Assembly (NCBI GenBank): GCA_965205025.1
Contig: CBDBFU010000026.1
Coordinates: 1 to 64,000 of the forward strand
Reading direction: 5' to 3'
Length of the DNA: 64,000 nucleotides
DNA from: Candidatus Poribacteria bacterium
GTDB lineage: Bacteria > Poribacteria > WGA-4E > WGA-3G
In this document: piece by piece, positions 12,195 through 22,294 of the stretch
Position numbering within the stretch: position 1 is the stretch's first letter
Layout: each line of letters begins with the position of its first letter
Program-made: the position numbers and the translations under genes
The notes under the pieces: generated by a model
Seen by the model: the letters and a program-made list of their open reading frames with translations, nothing else
What the model was told of the DNA's origin: nothing
Databases searched by the model: none

Positions 12195-12971
12195 TTAATC
12201 CCCACCGTATTGTAAAAGATCAATAGGTTCGGTTTGTGCTTGCACCATATATCTCAATAGCAGATTCATAAAGAATCCCCAAGAATTATCTACAAATATA
12301 CCGTGTAAATGACTGGTTTCGCTGGGGAGAAAATCATAACAATCACTATGGTGGCATATTACATTACCATTATCTGTACTTTTTAGAGAAAAGATAGAAT
12401 CGACTCTTTTCTCCATAGGAAGACTCTCCGTATTAACAATCCGCTTATATTCCTCGATTAATTCACTACTACTCATACTGTCTACAGACAAAATAAAGAA
12501 TATTGATTTCCAATGACTTGAGTCCGTACCATACAATTTATATGATTGCTGGATTACGTTATCTGGTGAACTAAGATATGCTTTTCTAATGAGATTCTTA
12601 TAGCTGGTACAATTTCTAAAACTCTCCGCTAATTCAGTTGTGTCAAGTTTAGCTTTTACTACACCGCAAGCGAATGTGCTTTCAATTGGAAACACTTGAA
12701 CAGCATCGCTGGTAAACAGACGGGGTGTGTTCATCTTATCAAACAAGACTATATCCATGGGAGTGGATTCACCACCATCTGAATCAATTACCACCCCACT
12801 TGATACACCAATCTTCTCTGGTAATATCTCTTCAAGATTCTCATTGAAAGTCTTCTCAATAAGTTTCCCTTTTTCTCCTGGAGTCGGGATAACTCCTTTG
12901 AATTGTTGGATAGATATTTCAAACTTTTTCTCAGAAAAGGAGAGTGATTCTTGATAACGTTTGTTGGGCAT
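12195..12971 (-). CDS. DUF6602-like putative PD-(D/E)xK nuclease-fold protein
   Basis: GEKGKLIE…LPEKIGVSSGVVIDSDGGES..MDIVLFD…FPIES pattern recalled for DUF6602; the expected EVK motif reads VVK. Confidence 0.65.
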   Translation of the reverse strand: MPNKRYQESLSFSEKKFEISIQQFKGVIPTPGEKGKLIEKTFNENLEEILPEKIGVSSGVVIDSDGGESTPMDIVLFDKMNTPRLFTSDAVQVFPIESTFACGVVKAKLDTTELAESFRNCTSYKNLIRKAYLSSPDNVIQQSYKLYGTDSSHWKSIFFILSVDSMSSSELIEEYKRIVNTESLPMEKRVDSIFSLKSTDNGNVICHHSDCYDFLPSETSHLHGIFVDNSWGFFMNLLLRYMVQAQTEPIDLLQYGGD

Positions 12972-13043
12972 GATTATATCCTGTATGTTCTCATTAACTG
13001 AAGTATGGTGGTTACATTGTCATTATTCAGTATCAACTCAATA

Positions 13044-16041
13044 TCATTTACTATATTGACGGATATTGTTTTGAATGTTCCACGGATCAGTAATTTCAAG
13101 GAAATCCCAGGCCCCCAAACTCCCCGCAACCGTTCACTGCTGGCAACCACATATTCTTGATAGTGTTCACTTTCTGAACTTTATCTTCTCTTGGCATACC
13201 AGAGACCTCAAGGATAAGGTTCACAATATCATCGTTAGAGCCGTTTTCTCCTCTACGAATTCGCACAATAAAGTCGGGAACATATTGGCGGCGTTCCCCA
13301 TTGTGATTGATGTAAGGAATCATAAAACCCATGTTGTGGTTTTTGACATAAGCAATTACCTCATCCATTTGTTCAAGTGCTTGTGCAGTTTTCTGTTCCC
13401 AAGAATCTGTGTCAGCAACAACATGTGAGATGTGACACTTGTCTGCTTTTGTTTCCCATGTCGGTTGTGAGGTTTCAAACAAGACTTCGGATGTTGATCC
13501 TGTACGTCCTTTTGTGTGAGAAGATTGGGTATAAATGGGGAGGAAAGTCTTTTCTGAAGCAGTGTTTTCAGAATCTGTGCTTTGGGGTTGTCGTTCAGAA
13601 TTGAGAATACCCATGTGAATCCGATACGCAGCCTTCCGTGCAATTTCACCAATGTGAAAAAACTGCGGATGTGTGTTGTCTTTATAGGTAACACACTCTT
13701 TCATCCATCGGCGTGTGATACGAAGAAGCTCTGAGAAAAGCCACCATTTCGCATCATTATCAGCGTCACTTATGTGCGTTTCCATGAGCACTTTGGTAAG
13801 GTAAAACTCGGTTTGCTGGTTTCGGAACTTTGTCAGATAAGGCAACTCAACCTCTCTTGTTCCGCCAGTAATATCCTCAATTTCTGTTTTAGATGGAATT
13901 TCTGCTGTAGAAAGTTCATAGTGGGAGTCTTCAGTAAAATTGGCATCCAACTTTTCGGATGGGAGGCAAGGACGATATCCAGCAATTCTCGGAAATGTGA
14001 TTTCGCACTTCGCTTTTCTTTCTGGTAAAGCCTTAACTTCTGTTATAGGTTTAGGCTGTATCGCTTTTCCACTGCCGGTTGCAGGGATAAACGAGAACGG
14101 TACACCGTATACTTCAGCATATTCTGGCGGAAAAGTTTCCAACTCTATATCATTGTCATTGACCTTAATAGTTGTCTTTTCCACATCATAAGTAGAGCGG
14201 CGCAAACCTCTCCCAACAACCTGTTCACAGAGCAATTGCGTGCTAAATGCGCGGACACCAAGGATATGCGTTACCCGTCTCGCATCCCATCCTTCGCTTA
14301 GCATTGACACTGACACAACGCACTTAATCTTTTCACCGAGTTTATCCCGTTTACCAACAGTATTCAACACTTCTCGTAATAAATCCTCATCTGTAACTTT
14401 TTCTACATTCATCTTCCGCATAAACTGTTCAATCTGTGTTTTGGATGCTTTTTTAAACTCACCCTTCAGTGCTTCTCCAGATTCCAACTGTTTGCTATCA
14501 ATTAGCAATGTGCTTAACTTTTCACTCCACTCCCCGTTCTCCTCATTGTTAAAAATCGGTAAATTTCCTTTTTCTATAACCTTTTCTCCATCGGCAGTCA
14601 GTTTCTCCCATCCGGCAATCCAGTCGTAAACAAGTTTGGATACCTTTGTGTTGTTACAAACAACTATCATGACAGGTGGTGTTAACCCGTGTGGGTTTTT
14701 CTGCCATAGGTCATAAGCTTTTTCATAATTGGTATAAAGACTTTGGAGTGCAGTTTCCAATTCTTGTGGCAGCTGCGGTTCACCATCCGTTGTTATTCCC
14801 TTAAGTTTTGTCCCAACGACATCCCAGAGGCGGCGGTAAATCGGATCGCTCGCCATTGTGTCGTCCGCAACAGGAACGCGCGGCACCTTCGCGATACCAC
14901 ATTCAATCGCATCAATTAACGCAAAATCGGACACGACCCACGGAAACAGAACTCCTTCTTTGAGTTTCTTTCCACTCGGTGTAGTGGTTGAATAACCGGA
15001 ACCGCTCAAGAAGAATGGTGTAGCGGATAAATCATAAACTACTCGGACACCGAGTTTCGCTTTCACTGCCTCAAGTCCACTTATCCATAGCCGTGGATTA
15101 TCTTCAGTTAACTCAGATTCCTCATCCTGTTTACGTCGAAAACAGTGATGTGCTTCATCGTTCAACACTATTATATTTTTCTTTTTACCGAGACTGCGAC
15201 AGACCCGCGCAACCATTTCATCAGGTGTTTCTATGAAATTCTTTGCACTCTCTTCTCCCAGAACTTGCGCCCCTACTTTGCTCAAATTTTCCTTTTTTCG
15301 GGTTTGAAAAGCGTGATAGTTCGTAATGATGATTTTCGCCTGACATAACATTTCAAAATCCCCGTGGGGAAGCAAGTTCATTTTTCGATAATCGTTTTCA
15401 GGATTTTCAGGAAGGAGTACCTGGAGTCGGTCACGAATTGTTACACCTGGCGTGACTATGAGAAAAGCATCCGTGTAACGTTCACTTCGAGGATTCGCTA
15501 TTTTATTCAACGTGTGATATGCGATTAGCATACCCATGACAACTGTTTTACCGGTGCCTGTCGCCATCTTGAAGGCAATTCGAAAGAGATTGGGATTCGC
15601 TTCTTTATTTCCGTTCACAAGTTCACGATAAAACGAGTCCTGGCGTTGTTTGACATCACACTCATTGAGATAGATAGCAGTCTCAACAGCTTCACGTTGG
15701 CAGAAAAAGAGACGCGGTTCGTTATCAGGATTGTTCCAATGCTCAAGTAATCGTTTTGTTGTCGGGGTTACACCCGGATAACCACTATTCCGCCATGCCG
15801 TTACTTGGGCGCGTACTCTATTGATAAAAACATTCGCCTCCCGAAGTTCTGGATCGGGAAGGAGTGTAATTTGATCTTCCCGTGTCTGTTTTCTCGGTTT
15901 CGGCATGGGGATAAAGTATTCACTTCTACGTCTGCCCTCAACAATATCCTCAGTAATCCCGCGCTGTGTAAATTTGAAGTGTCGTTGCGGTTCCTGAAAT
16001 GGACTGTTGATGACAGGGTTTTCTATTGTAACTTTTGACAT
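13044..16041 (-). CDS. res: Type III-like restriction endonuclease/SF2 helicase subunit (BPTD_3080-like); apparent extra G near the C-terminus
   Basis: MATGTGKT Walker A, NDEAHH, SMLSEGWD, EQVVGRGLRR, C-terminal YVPDF…ILEV nuclease. The ORF stops at 13096, but removing one base from the C5 run at 13112-13116 gives FGAWDFLEITDPW…stop at 13044. Confidence 0.9.
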
Positions 16042-16049
16042 TATTGCTC

Positions 16050-17216
16050 CTATTCCTTCTCGATCTTCATCATTTTCTGCACGTTCTTAATCGATTTGTA
16101 GACGAATCGCTTGTCTTGATCAAATTGGTTTGCGATTTCATGGAACACTGTTGCAGGGTCGGTATTATCATCAAATTCATGCTGTACCATGAGTTCCCAG
16201 ATTTGCTTTTGGGTATCCGCATCATTTTTAGCGATGTTAAACTTATGCTCAATTCGTTCGATTGAGGAAGTGATTTGATGAATTGGATAATCTTCCTTTA
16301 ATATTGCGATAATTTCGTCAAGATTGGGATTCTCCCAGTTTTCAAAGGCTTTCAGGATGGTAGCCCAAATCACCATGTCACTCAGCTGTGTCTGCTTCTG
16401 TGTCCAATGCACTTGCTCTATTTGGTGTGGTTTACACTTGTAGAGACGAATTTCGTCAGTTCCTTTTATTTTTACATACCAGATGCTACCTTCTTCACCA
16501 CTAAACATCGGAGCATGGTTCTGATCCAAACCAATAAACGACAACCGTTTGTCGAGATCGTGCTGTTCTTGTTCATAGTGCCACACATAGTCTTTTTCAA
16601 CGGTGCCGAGTCGTTCTGCCTTCGGGATATTGCCTGCTTCGAGTTCGGTGTTCAGTAGGATCTGACCTTGTGTCCCGCGTAGTCCAAACAATAGCACGAT
16701 ATCCAACTGCACATCCTCGTATTGGATCATGTGCGGGTTATCCGACCCGTAGAGCTCAAAACTGAAACCTGTGACATCGGGATTCAGTTTAAACAATTCG
16801 GTGATCTGCGGATATTTACGCAGCATGGACTTCCACATCGTTATATAACGACCCCGCAAAAATGGAAACAAGCGCACTTTAAACGTGATGTACGTCATCC
16901 CGTTATATTTGTAGCGGTACATAAAGATATTGGTACCATCGTATTTTCGGAAAAGGTGGATCCATTCCGCGCTCGGAAATCGATAATTATGCCCCAATCC
17001 GAAGGGATAAGCAATTTTCGGCGTACCAAAGATTAGCGGCTGATCGACAAATTCACCATTGATCTTTTTTATTTGCAGCGCGCCGTAGCGTTTGTCTTTA
17101 CTGAAACTGATCTGACCTTCAAGGTGGTTTTGCGGGTTAAAGGGATCTGTCTCTCTAAATTCGGAGTAGTCTGAATCTAAAGTTTGCTGCCCGTTTTTTA
17201 TTTTGTGTTGATCCAT
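16050..17216 (-). CDS. Putative ATP-dependent RNA ligase (covalent nucleotidyltransferase superfamily, Rnl1/Rnl3-like)
   Basis: GTPKI, motif I RKYDGTN, Ia FKVR, III FSFELYGSDNPH, IIIa IVLLFGL, IV EEGSIWY, V YKCK in the correct order. ATG 17216 has a GGAG RBS (ORF track extends to 17363). Confidence 0.72.
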   Translation of the reverse strand: MDQHKIKNGQQTLDSDYSEFRETDPFNPQNHLEGQISFSKDKRYGALQIKKINGEFVDQPLIFGTPKIAYPFGLGHNYRFPSAEWIHLFRKYDGTNIFMYRYKYNGMTYITFKVRLFPFLRGRYITMWKSMLRKYPQITELFKLNPDVTGFSFELYGSDNPHMIQYEDVQLDIVLLFGLRGTQGQILLNTELEAGNIPKAERLGTVEKDYVWHYEQEQHDLDKRLSFIGLDQNHAPMFSGEEGSIWYVKIKGTDEIRLYKCKPHQIEQVHWTQKQTQLSDMVIWATILKAFENWENPNLDEIIAILKEDYPIHQITSSIERIEHKFNIAKNDADTQKQIWELMVQHEFDDNTDPATVFHEIANQFDQDKRFVYKSIKNVQKMMKIEKE

Positions 17217-17239
17217 TGCTGTTCTCCGAGAGGTTGTTC

Positions 17240-17449
17240 GGGTCTCTACATCAACATATCTCATGTACTCGTTAAGAATTCGCCATCCATCATCAACAAG
17301 TGATGTTTCGTTTTGATAGAGAATCTGTTTAATTCGTTTCTGACAGCGTTCTACATCCTTCAATGTGGCATGTCCTGCCTCAGCGCAAGTTGGACCTCAC
17401 CGCTATCTTTCCATGATTTGAAGTTTTTCATTCTAATATGTGTAATCAT
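17240..17449 (-). pseudogene. Fused remnants of an AAA/ABC ATPase N-terminus and a PIN-like partner gene
   Basis: 17449-17360 reads MITHIRMKNFKSWKDSGEVQLA…stop after a GGAG RBS. An overlapping frame reads HATLKDVERCQKRIKQIL…LVDDGWRILNEYMR. Confidence 0.6.
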
Positions 17450-17478
17450 TTTCCCTGTCTCCAAGTTGACGTATTTTG

Positions 17479-17892
17479 TTAAAGTTGGTCCTCAATCCAT
17501 TCATCATCGTGGGCTGGATTATAGATTAGCCCTTTTTTAATATCAAGACAGAGATCCAGGTATTCAAGTACCATGTGTCCGACAAGAACAGGTAGTTCAG
17601 CTGGTAGATCCGCCACCTCTATCGTCCCTTCCCGCTCCAAGACTGTATACCGAACATCTGAATAAACTGTCCGCGTTACAATACCGTTCGTGGTCTGTGC
17701 CCGTCTACTTCTCACAGGAGTTAAGCCGAGTTGTTCAATAAGCGGTATCGGTAAGGACAATCCAGTTGCACCGGTATCAACGATTGCGTCTTCAACGGTC
17801 ACTTGCCGAATTGCTTCAGGTTTGATAACACCTGCTTCTGCCAAAAACTGATCTTTTCGATTTGCAAGTTTAATTTTTGTTGTGTGTTTCAC
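17479..17892 (-). CDS. Clan AA (retropepsin-like) aspartic protease
   Basis: AIVDTGAT catalytic motif and VLVGHMVLE. GTG start at 17892 after AAGGAG. Confidence 0.85.
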   Translation of the reverse strand: MKHTTKIKLANRKDQFLAEAGVIKPEAIRQVTVEDAIVDTGATGLSLPIPLIEQLGLTPVRSRRAQTTNGIVTRTVYSDVRYTVLEREGTIEVADLPAELPVLVGHMVLEYLDLCLDIKKGLIYNPAHDDEWIEDQL

Positions 17893-17988
17893 TTTTCGAT
17901 CTCCTTGATGAACGATAAGATAATTGTGATATAGCATACCCTATTTTTAAGCAGAATTCATAAAAAAAGCCATTCCAGCGACATTCAA

Positions 17989-20664
17989 TTATACCTTATA
18001 CTCCTTCATCACCTCATCACCATAATGATTGATAACCTTCACCGCTATTTTACCAGATTCAGGCTTTGCAAACGGCAGGCTCTCCGTGCGATAAAGTGCC
18101 TCCCACGCCTCCTCGTTAATTTCTGATTTTAACGCTTTTTGCAGCTGCTTATAAGGTTCGTTTTCACCTGTGAAATAGGCATGCCGCACAAAAAACGCCT
18201 CGCCATTGTAAGCAGTATCAATGAACCAACACGCGATATCGTCAGGCGTATTAGAACGGAGCAATCCCTTCCCAGGATCATACACATCTACACCTAAGAG
18301 CTTGACAGAGATAGTGTCATCTTTATTCTCTACTATCTCCACGTCCGGTTCTCCGAACACCATAAACAGATTGCCTTCACCTGTATTTTTGAGTTCGCGT
18401 ACCATCAGCTCAGGACTAATTTTGACAGGTAGTATCGGCAAACTTCCTATTTGTGTGCTTTCATCAGCGGTGTAACCCTCAAAGGCGAATCCTGCCACAA
18501 TGAGCAGATCGTACTTAGCAAGTTTTCGTACAGCCTCTTTTGCAGCTTCCCGTACCCACTGCGGACCGACGGTATCATATTGCGGTCCGATGCTGATAGC
18601 GATGTTCTGAACTTTCTCGTCCTTGTCTGTCCGCACACCTTCAGCGTGGAGCCACTCACCGGGATGTTCCTCTAACCAATCAAAGGTGATACGATCTTCC
18701 TTAAGCCGATTTTGCACCCCTGCTGTTTTGAGATGCTCAAGGATATGTTTATGGTAATCTTGTGCGTTCTCTGGGGAAACATTTTCTGGTGTCCCACTTT
18801 CTACATCGGAAGAGTCAGGCACAAGATGCGGAGACAAACTCTCCATCGTAAAGGGACCTGTTACACGCACCCGTTTTCTGTCTTGATGTGGTTGATCGTA
18901 AAGGGTCTCGTTTTTGGCACGTTTTTCGGTGGAGACATCCATCGTTAATTGACGTTCACGTTTTAGACCAAGCCATTCACGATGCAGTTTCTGAAGTTCC
19001 TTGTCCCATTCAGTATCAGTTTCGGTTGGTACCTCCCACTCTTCCCAATTTTCCCCGATAAGACGGTTCATCTTATCACGGAGCGGATCTAATTTCTCTG
19101 CATATTCTGCATGAATATCGTCAATTTCTGTGTTATTTGCCATGTCTGAGAGACTGACATAAGGTGCTGTTTTATATAAAAAACCTTGCTTGATGTCGTT
19201 TGCATCTTCAAGACGATAGTAGGGATATTTAGCGGACATGAGGCGGGTGCGTGCTAAGGCAAGTGCTACCTTTGAAGTATCTGTTGTTATCCAACGCCTT
19301 CCCCATTCTTCCGAGACATAAGCAGTTGTGCCGCTGCCACATGTCGGGTCAAGAACGAGATCACCAGGATCTGTTGTCATGAGTACGCATCGCTGAATTA
19401 CTTTAGGTTGGGTTTCAACAACGTAACTCTTCTCACGACTACCTGCTGTGTCTGTCCAGATGTTAGTTATAGGCCGTCCAAGGGCATCATTAGTATATCG
19501 GATATAATATAAAGCCCTTTCTTTTCCGACAAGTCTTCTTTGTTTTGCCAATCTATCCAAGCCATCTTTACTTGTACTCCATCCCCTTCGACCTGGAGGG
19601 GAAAAACTACGATTTTTAAATTCATAATTAAATGTCGCGCTACCGCCTGTCTGTGATGATACTGAAAGTTCAAGATATCTTCGACTTTCTTCAGGCAACA
19701 GCCAAGGTTTTTTCTTTTCTTCTTGTGTCATTCCTCGGCGTGTCCCATCAGGCAATTCAACTTGTGTATAACGCCTAAGAAGTGGATCGGGTGTACGTGC
19801 ATCCCATTGTGCATATAGTTGTCTATACTTCATTTGCTCTTTGTCTTTTGCATACCATAATAAATAATCTGATATTGAAGCTAAGCCACTTGAAGAAGTC
19901 ATGTTAGCACGGGTCCACGTTATTGTTGAAACGAAATTCTCCTCTCCGAATACCTCATCTAACAAGCACCGGACTTGATGAACGTTCTTTTCACTTATCT
20001 GAACAAAGATGCTACCGCTATCAGTGAGTAAGTCACAAGCGACGGTGAGACGGTCGCGCAAGTAGGCAAGATAAGAGTGTATTCCGTATTCCCATGTATC
20101 GCGATATGCTCTAATCTGTTCTGGTTGGGTAGTAACATCTTCATCAGTTTCGTCTACATTACTTTTCCGGGTGCTAACTTGCCAATTGCTCTTGAACTTG
20201 ACACCGTACGGAGGATCAATATAGATCATTTGTACACTATTTTTGAATCCCTCTTTTTCAGCAAGGGAATTCATTACTGAGAGCGAATCGCCAAGGATAA
20301 AGCGGTTATGCCAATTCTGTTCGTGTTGGTAAAACTCAATTTTCTGTTCAAAGTCAAGATTGTCAAACCCTTCAAATAGCATGCCGATCTGGTCTGATTC
20401 TTTCTGCTGTTGCGCGCGGAGTACTTCAATGATGGCTTGCGGTTGGATATGTTCCTGAATGTAGACAGGGACAGCCGTCACCTCAAGATCGTCATCGTTC
20501 TGTTGGTCTTTGCCTTTCCAAACTAACTGCGGGTCAAGTGCAACATCGCGCGGGTATCGTGTCGGTGCAAAGTCTTCGTTTTCGGCAAAGCCGCTCAGTT
20601 CTTGGGTTGGATTGTTAGGGAGTTTATCGGTATGTTCATAATGGTTAATAGGTTTTTTCGGCAT
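17989..20664 (-). CDS. mod: Type III-like RM DNA methyltransferase (Mod, beta-class amino-MTase)
   Basis: LGDSL, YIDPPYG (motif IV), AYRDTW, VLDPTCGSGTT (motif I), GRRWIT, C-terminal IAVKVINHYGDEV. Confidence 0.92.
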   Translation of the reverse strand: MPKKPINHYEHTDKLPNNPTQELSGFAENEDFAPTRYPRDVALDPQLVWKGKDQQNDDDLEVTAVPVYIQEHIQPQAIIEVLRAQQQKESDQIGMLFEGFDNLDFEQKIEFYQHEQNWHNRFILGDSLSVMNSLAEKEGFKNSVQMIYIDPPYGVKFKSNWQVSTRKSNVDETDEDVTTQPEQIRAYRDTWEYGIHSYLAYLRDRLTVACDLLTDSGSIFVQISEKNVHQVRCLLDEVFGEENFVSTITWTRANMTSSSGLASISDYLLWYAKDKEQMKYRQLYAQWDARTPDPLLRRYTQVELPDGTRRGMTQEEKKKPWLLPEESRRYLELSVSSQTGGSATFNYEFKNRSFSPPGRRGWSTSKDGLDRLAKQRRLVGKERALYYIRYTNDALGRPITNIWTDTAGSREKSYVVETQPKVIQRCVLMTTDPGDLVLDPTCGSGTTAYVSEEWGRRWITTDTSKVALALARTRLMSAKYPYYRLEDANDIKQGFLYKTAPYVSLSDMANNTEIDDIHAEYAEKLDPLRDKMNRLIGENWEEWEVPTETDTEWDKELQKLHREWLGLKRERQLTMDVSTEKRAKNETLYDQPHQDRKRVRVTGPFTMESLSPHLVPDSSDVESGTPENVSPENAQDYHKHILEHLKTAGVQNRLKEDRITFDWLEEHPGEWLHAEGVRTDKDEKVQNIAISIGPQYDTVGPQWVREAAKEAVRKLAKYDLLIVAGFAFEGYTADESTQIGSLPILPVKISPELMVRELKNTGEGNLFMVFGEPDVEIVENKDDTISVKLLGVDVYDPGKGLLRSNTPDDIACWFIDTAYNGEAFFVRHAYFTGENEPYKQLQKALKSEINEEAWEALYRTESLPFAKPESGKIAVKVINHYGDEVMKEYKV

Positions 20665-20948
20665 AGACAGGTTTCCCTTACTTAAATTGCAGTTCAAATT
20701 GGGTGTGTAAAATTTTTGGGATAAATGGATTTAATTGTTACAGAATATTTATAATAAATGGTCTCCTTACCTAATGTTCTATCCACATTCAAATGACGGG
20801 TAGGTGTTCGTAGAGGTGGGATTTCCCAAGCCGAAATATCCGTTATTTATGACTTGACAAAGCAATAGTCCACTAATTAGAGACCCATCTCTGTACGCAT
20901 TATACCATATCTCTAATCATTTAACTATACCTGTCCTATACTTGAGTA

Positions 20949-21634
20949 TGTAAAGTTTTTGTCACTAAACATTAGGCTGCTATTGCATCTGGATACCAAT
21001 ATTTATCTCAAATATCATCTTTAGTATACATCTATTCTCCAGTTATGTTAGATGTATGGATACTGTGTATTGTAAAAAACTGTTAATATTTGTCGTCTTG
21101 AATTTTTTACACTTTCACGGAAACCTTCACGGAGCAATTTTACGAGCCCTTATTCTATAAGGGTTTATAATTTTAATGATACCAATTCTCCGTGAATTAC
21201 ATACGTTAATTCAACTATAACTTACATGTTTATTAAGTACTTATACCATTTCTATTTAAATAGTTCACATTACGGGGGGCTTTGTAATCCCTGATAAGAA
21301 ATTAGGATATTTCTTCACTAAGTAATGAGTAATCTATATTTTGAAATGGTATTACATTTCAGATTATAAACATTCCGTCCCTACGGGACTCAATTATAGA
21401 GTATTACACATTTTCTATAGACATTCCGTCCCTACGGGACTCATAATCTGTGTATGATTGTTCCTGTTTGACACAAATCATAATGTAAGTCTATCAATTG
21501 GAAATGGTATTATATGTTTTTCATACGAAGTGTATTGGCACATAGCACTCCGCTGGAGTGCTAGACTGTTCCGATATTGTTTTCTATAGACATAGTACTC
21601 CGCTGGAGTACGGTATTTTTGATATAGAAAACTC
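20949..21634. repeat. Right copy of direct repeat flanking the RM island, interrupted by MITE insertion 21244-21509
   Basis: Aligns to 11784-12182 apart from a 266-bp insert flanked by TTA. Confidence 0.9.
21244..21509. mobile_element. Composite/tandem MITE with TTA target-site duplication; contains a CATTCCGTCCCTACGGGACTCA doublet
   Basis: TTA|TACCATTTC…GAAATGGTA|TTA, with an internal extra right end at 21351. The empty site AAGTAC-TTA-TATG is at 12052-12064. Confidence 0.85.
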
Positions 21635-21767
21635 CAATTACACATATTTCACGTATTTGATCGGTATCATTGAGACATTATTTTACTTTTAGGCTTTGTA
21701 TATAATTGGCATATATTGGTCTTGAGAACATTCTTTAATAACTAATATTTATGATTGTTTAAAATGC

Positions 21768-21836
21768 ATAAAACCAGACATTTAATCCTAATATACAGAC
21801 AAAAAACAGTGTATAAAACCAGACATTTAATCCTAA
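21768..21836. repeat. 24-bp direct repeat pair ATAAAACCAGACATTTAATCCTAA (period 45 bp)
   Basis: Exact copies at 21768-21791 and 21813-21836. Confidence 0.85.
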
Positions 21837-22128
21837 ATACTCAGAGAGTAGATCGTGTTGATGTTGCATTCTCTATGTATCGAAAACATGAAAAAAGTTA
21901 CACTTTTTGTCACACGGTGTGACATTGAAATTGGTGTAAATTATCCCTATAACCCCTGTCATAGACTGACTTTATCCCACTTTGAATTAACTTTATAAGA
22001 AATTCGAAAAATTGTGATTTTGTGTTATTGTTGTCCTTGTTGATTTTGAGATTCCCAACGGTTAAAAAGGTATGCTTTTTTGACGTATATGAAACTTCGT
22101 TATTAGGATCGTTTTTATAGAGAGTCAT

Positions 22129-22177
22129 TAGTTTATAGTTCATAGTTTTTAGTTATTGGTTGTTAGTTTTTAGTTTG
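22129..22177. repeat. Heptameric tandem repeat (TAGTTNN)x7
   Basis: tagttta tagttca tagtttt tagttat tggttgt tagtttt tagtttg. Confidence 0.75.
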
Positions 22178-22294
22178 TGTTCTTATCTTTCCGCTTCATA
22201 TTCTTATTTACAGTGTTAGTTTTAGTTTATAAATATTGAACGATATAATATTAAGCAAGTTTCAATATTAAATATTCACATTGTACGTCAATAA

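Noticed and set aside
17217-17363. N-terminal 49 aa of the 437-aa ORF as part of the ligase
   Set aside because: The TTG start lacks a clear RBS, whereas ATG 17216 has GGAG; the segment resembles a remnant of a different gene.
17989-20664. Phase-variable simple sequence repeat in mod (phasevarion)
   Set aside because: No long homopolymer or short tandem tract seen in the gene or just upstream; the frame is intact.
11784-21634. Integron cassette array or prophage interpretation of the island
   Set aside because: No integrase, no attC-like sites between genes, and no phage structural genes.
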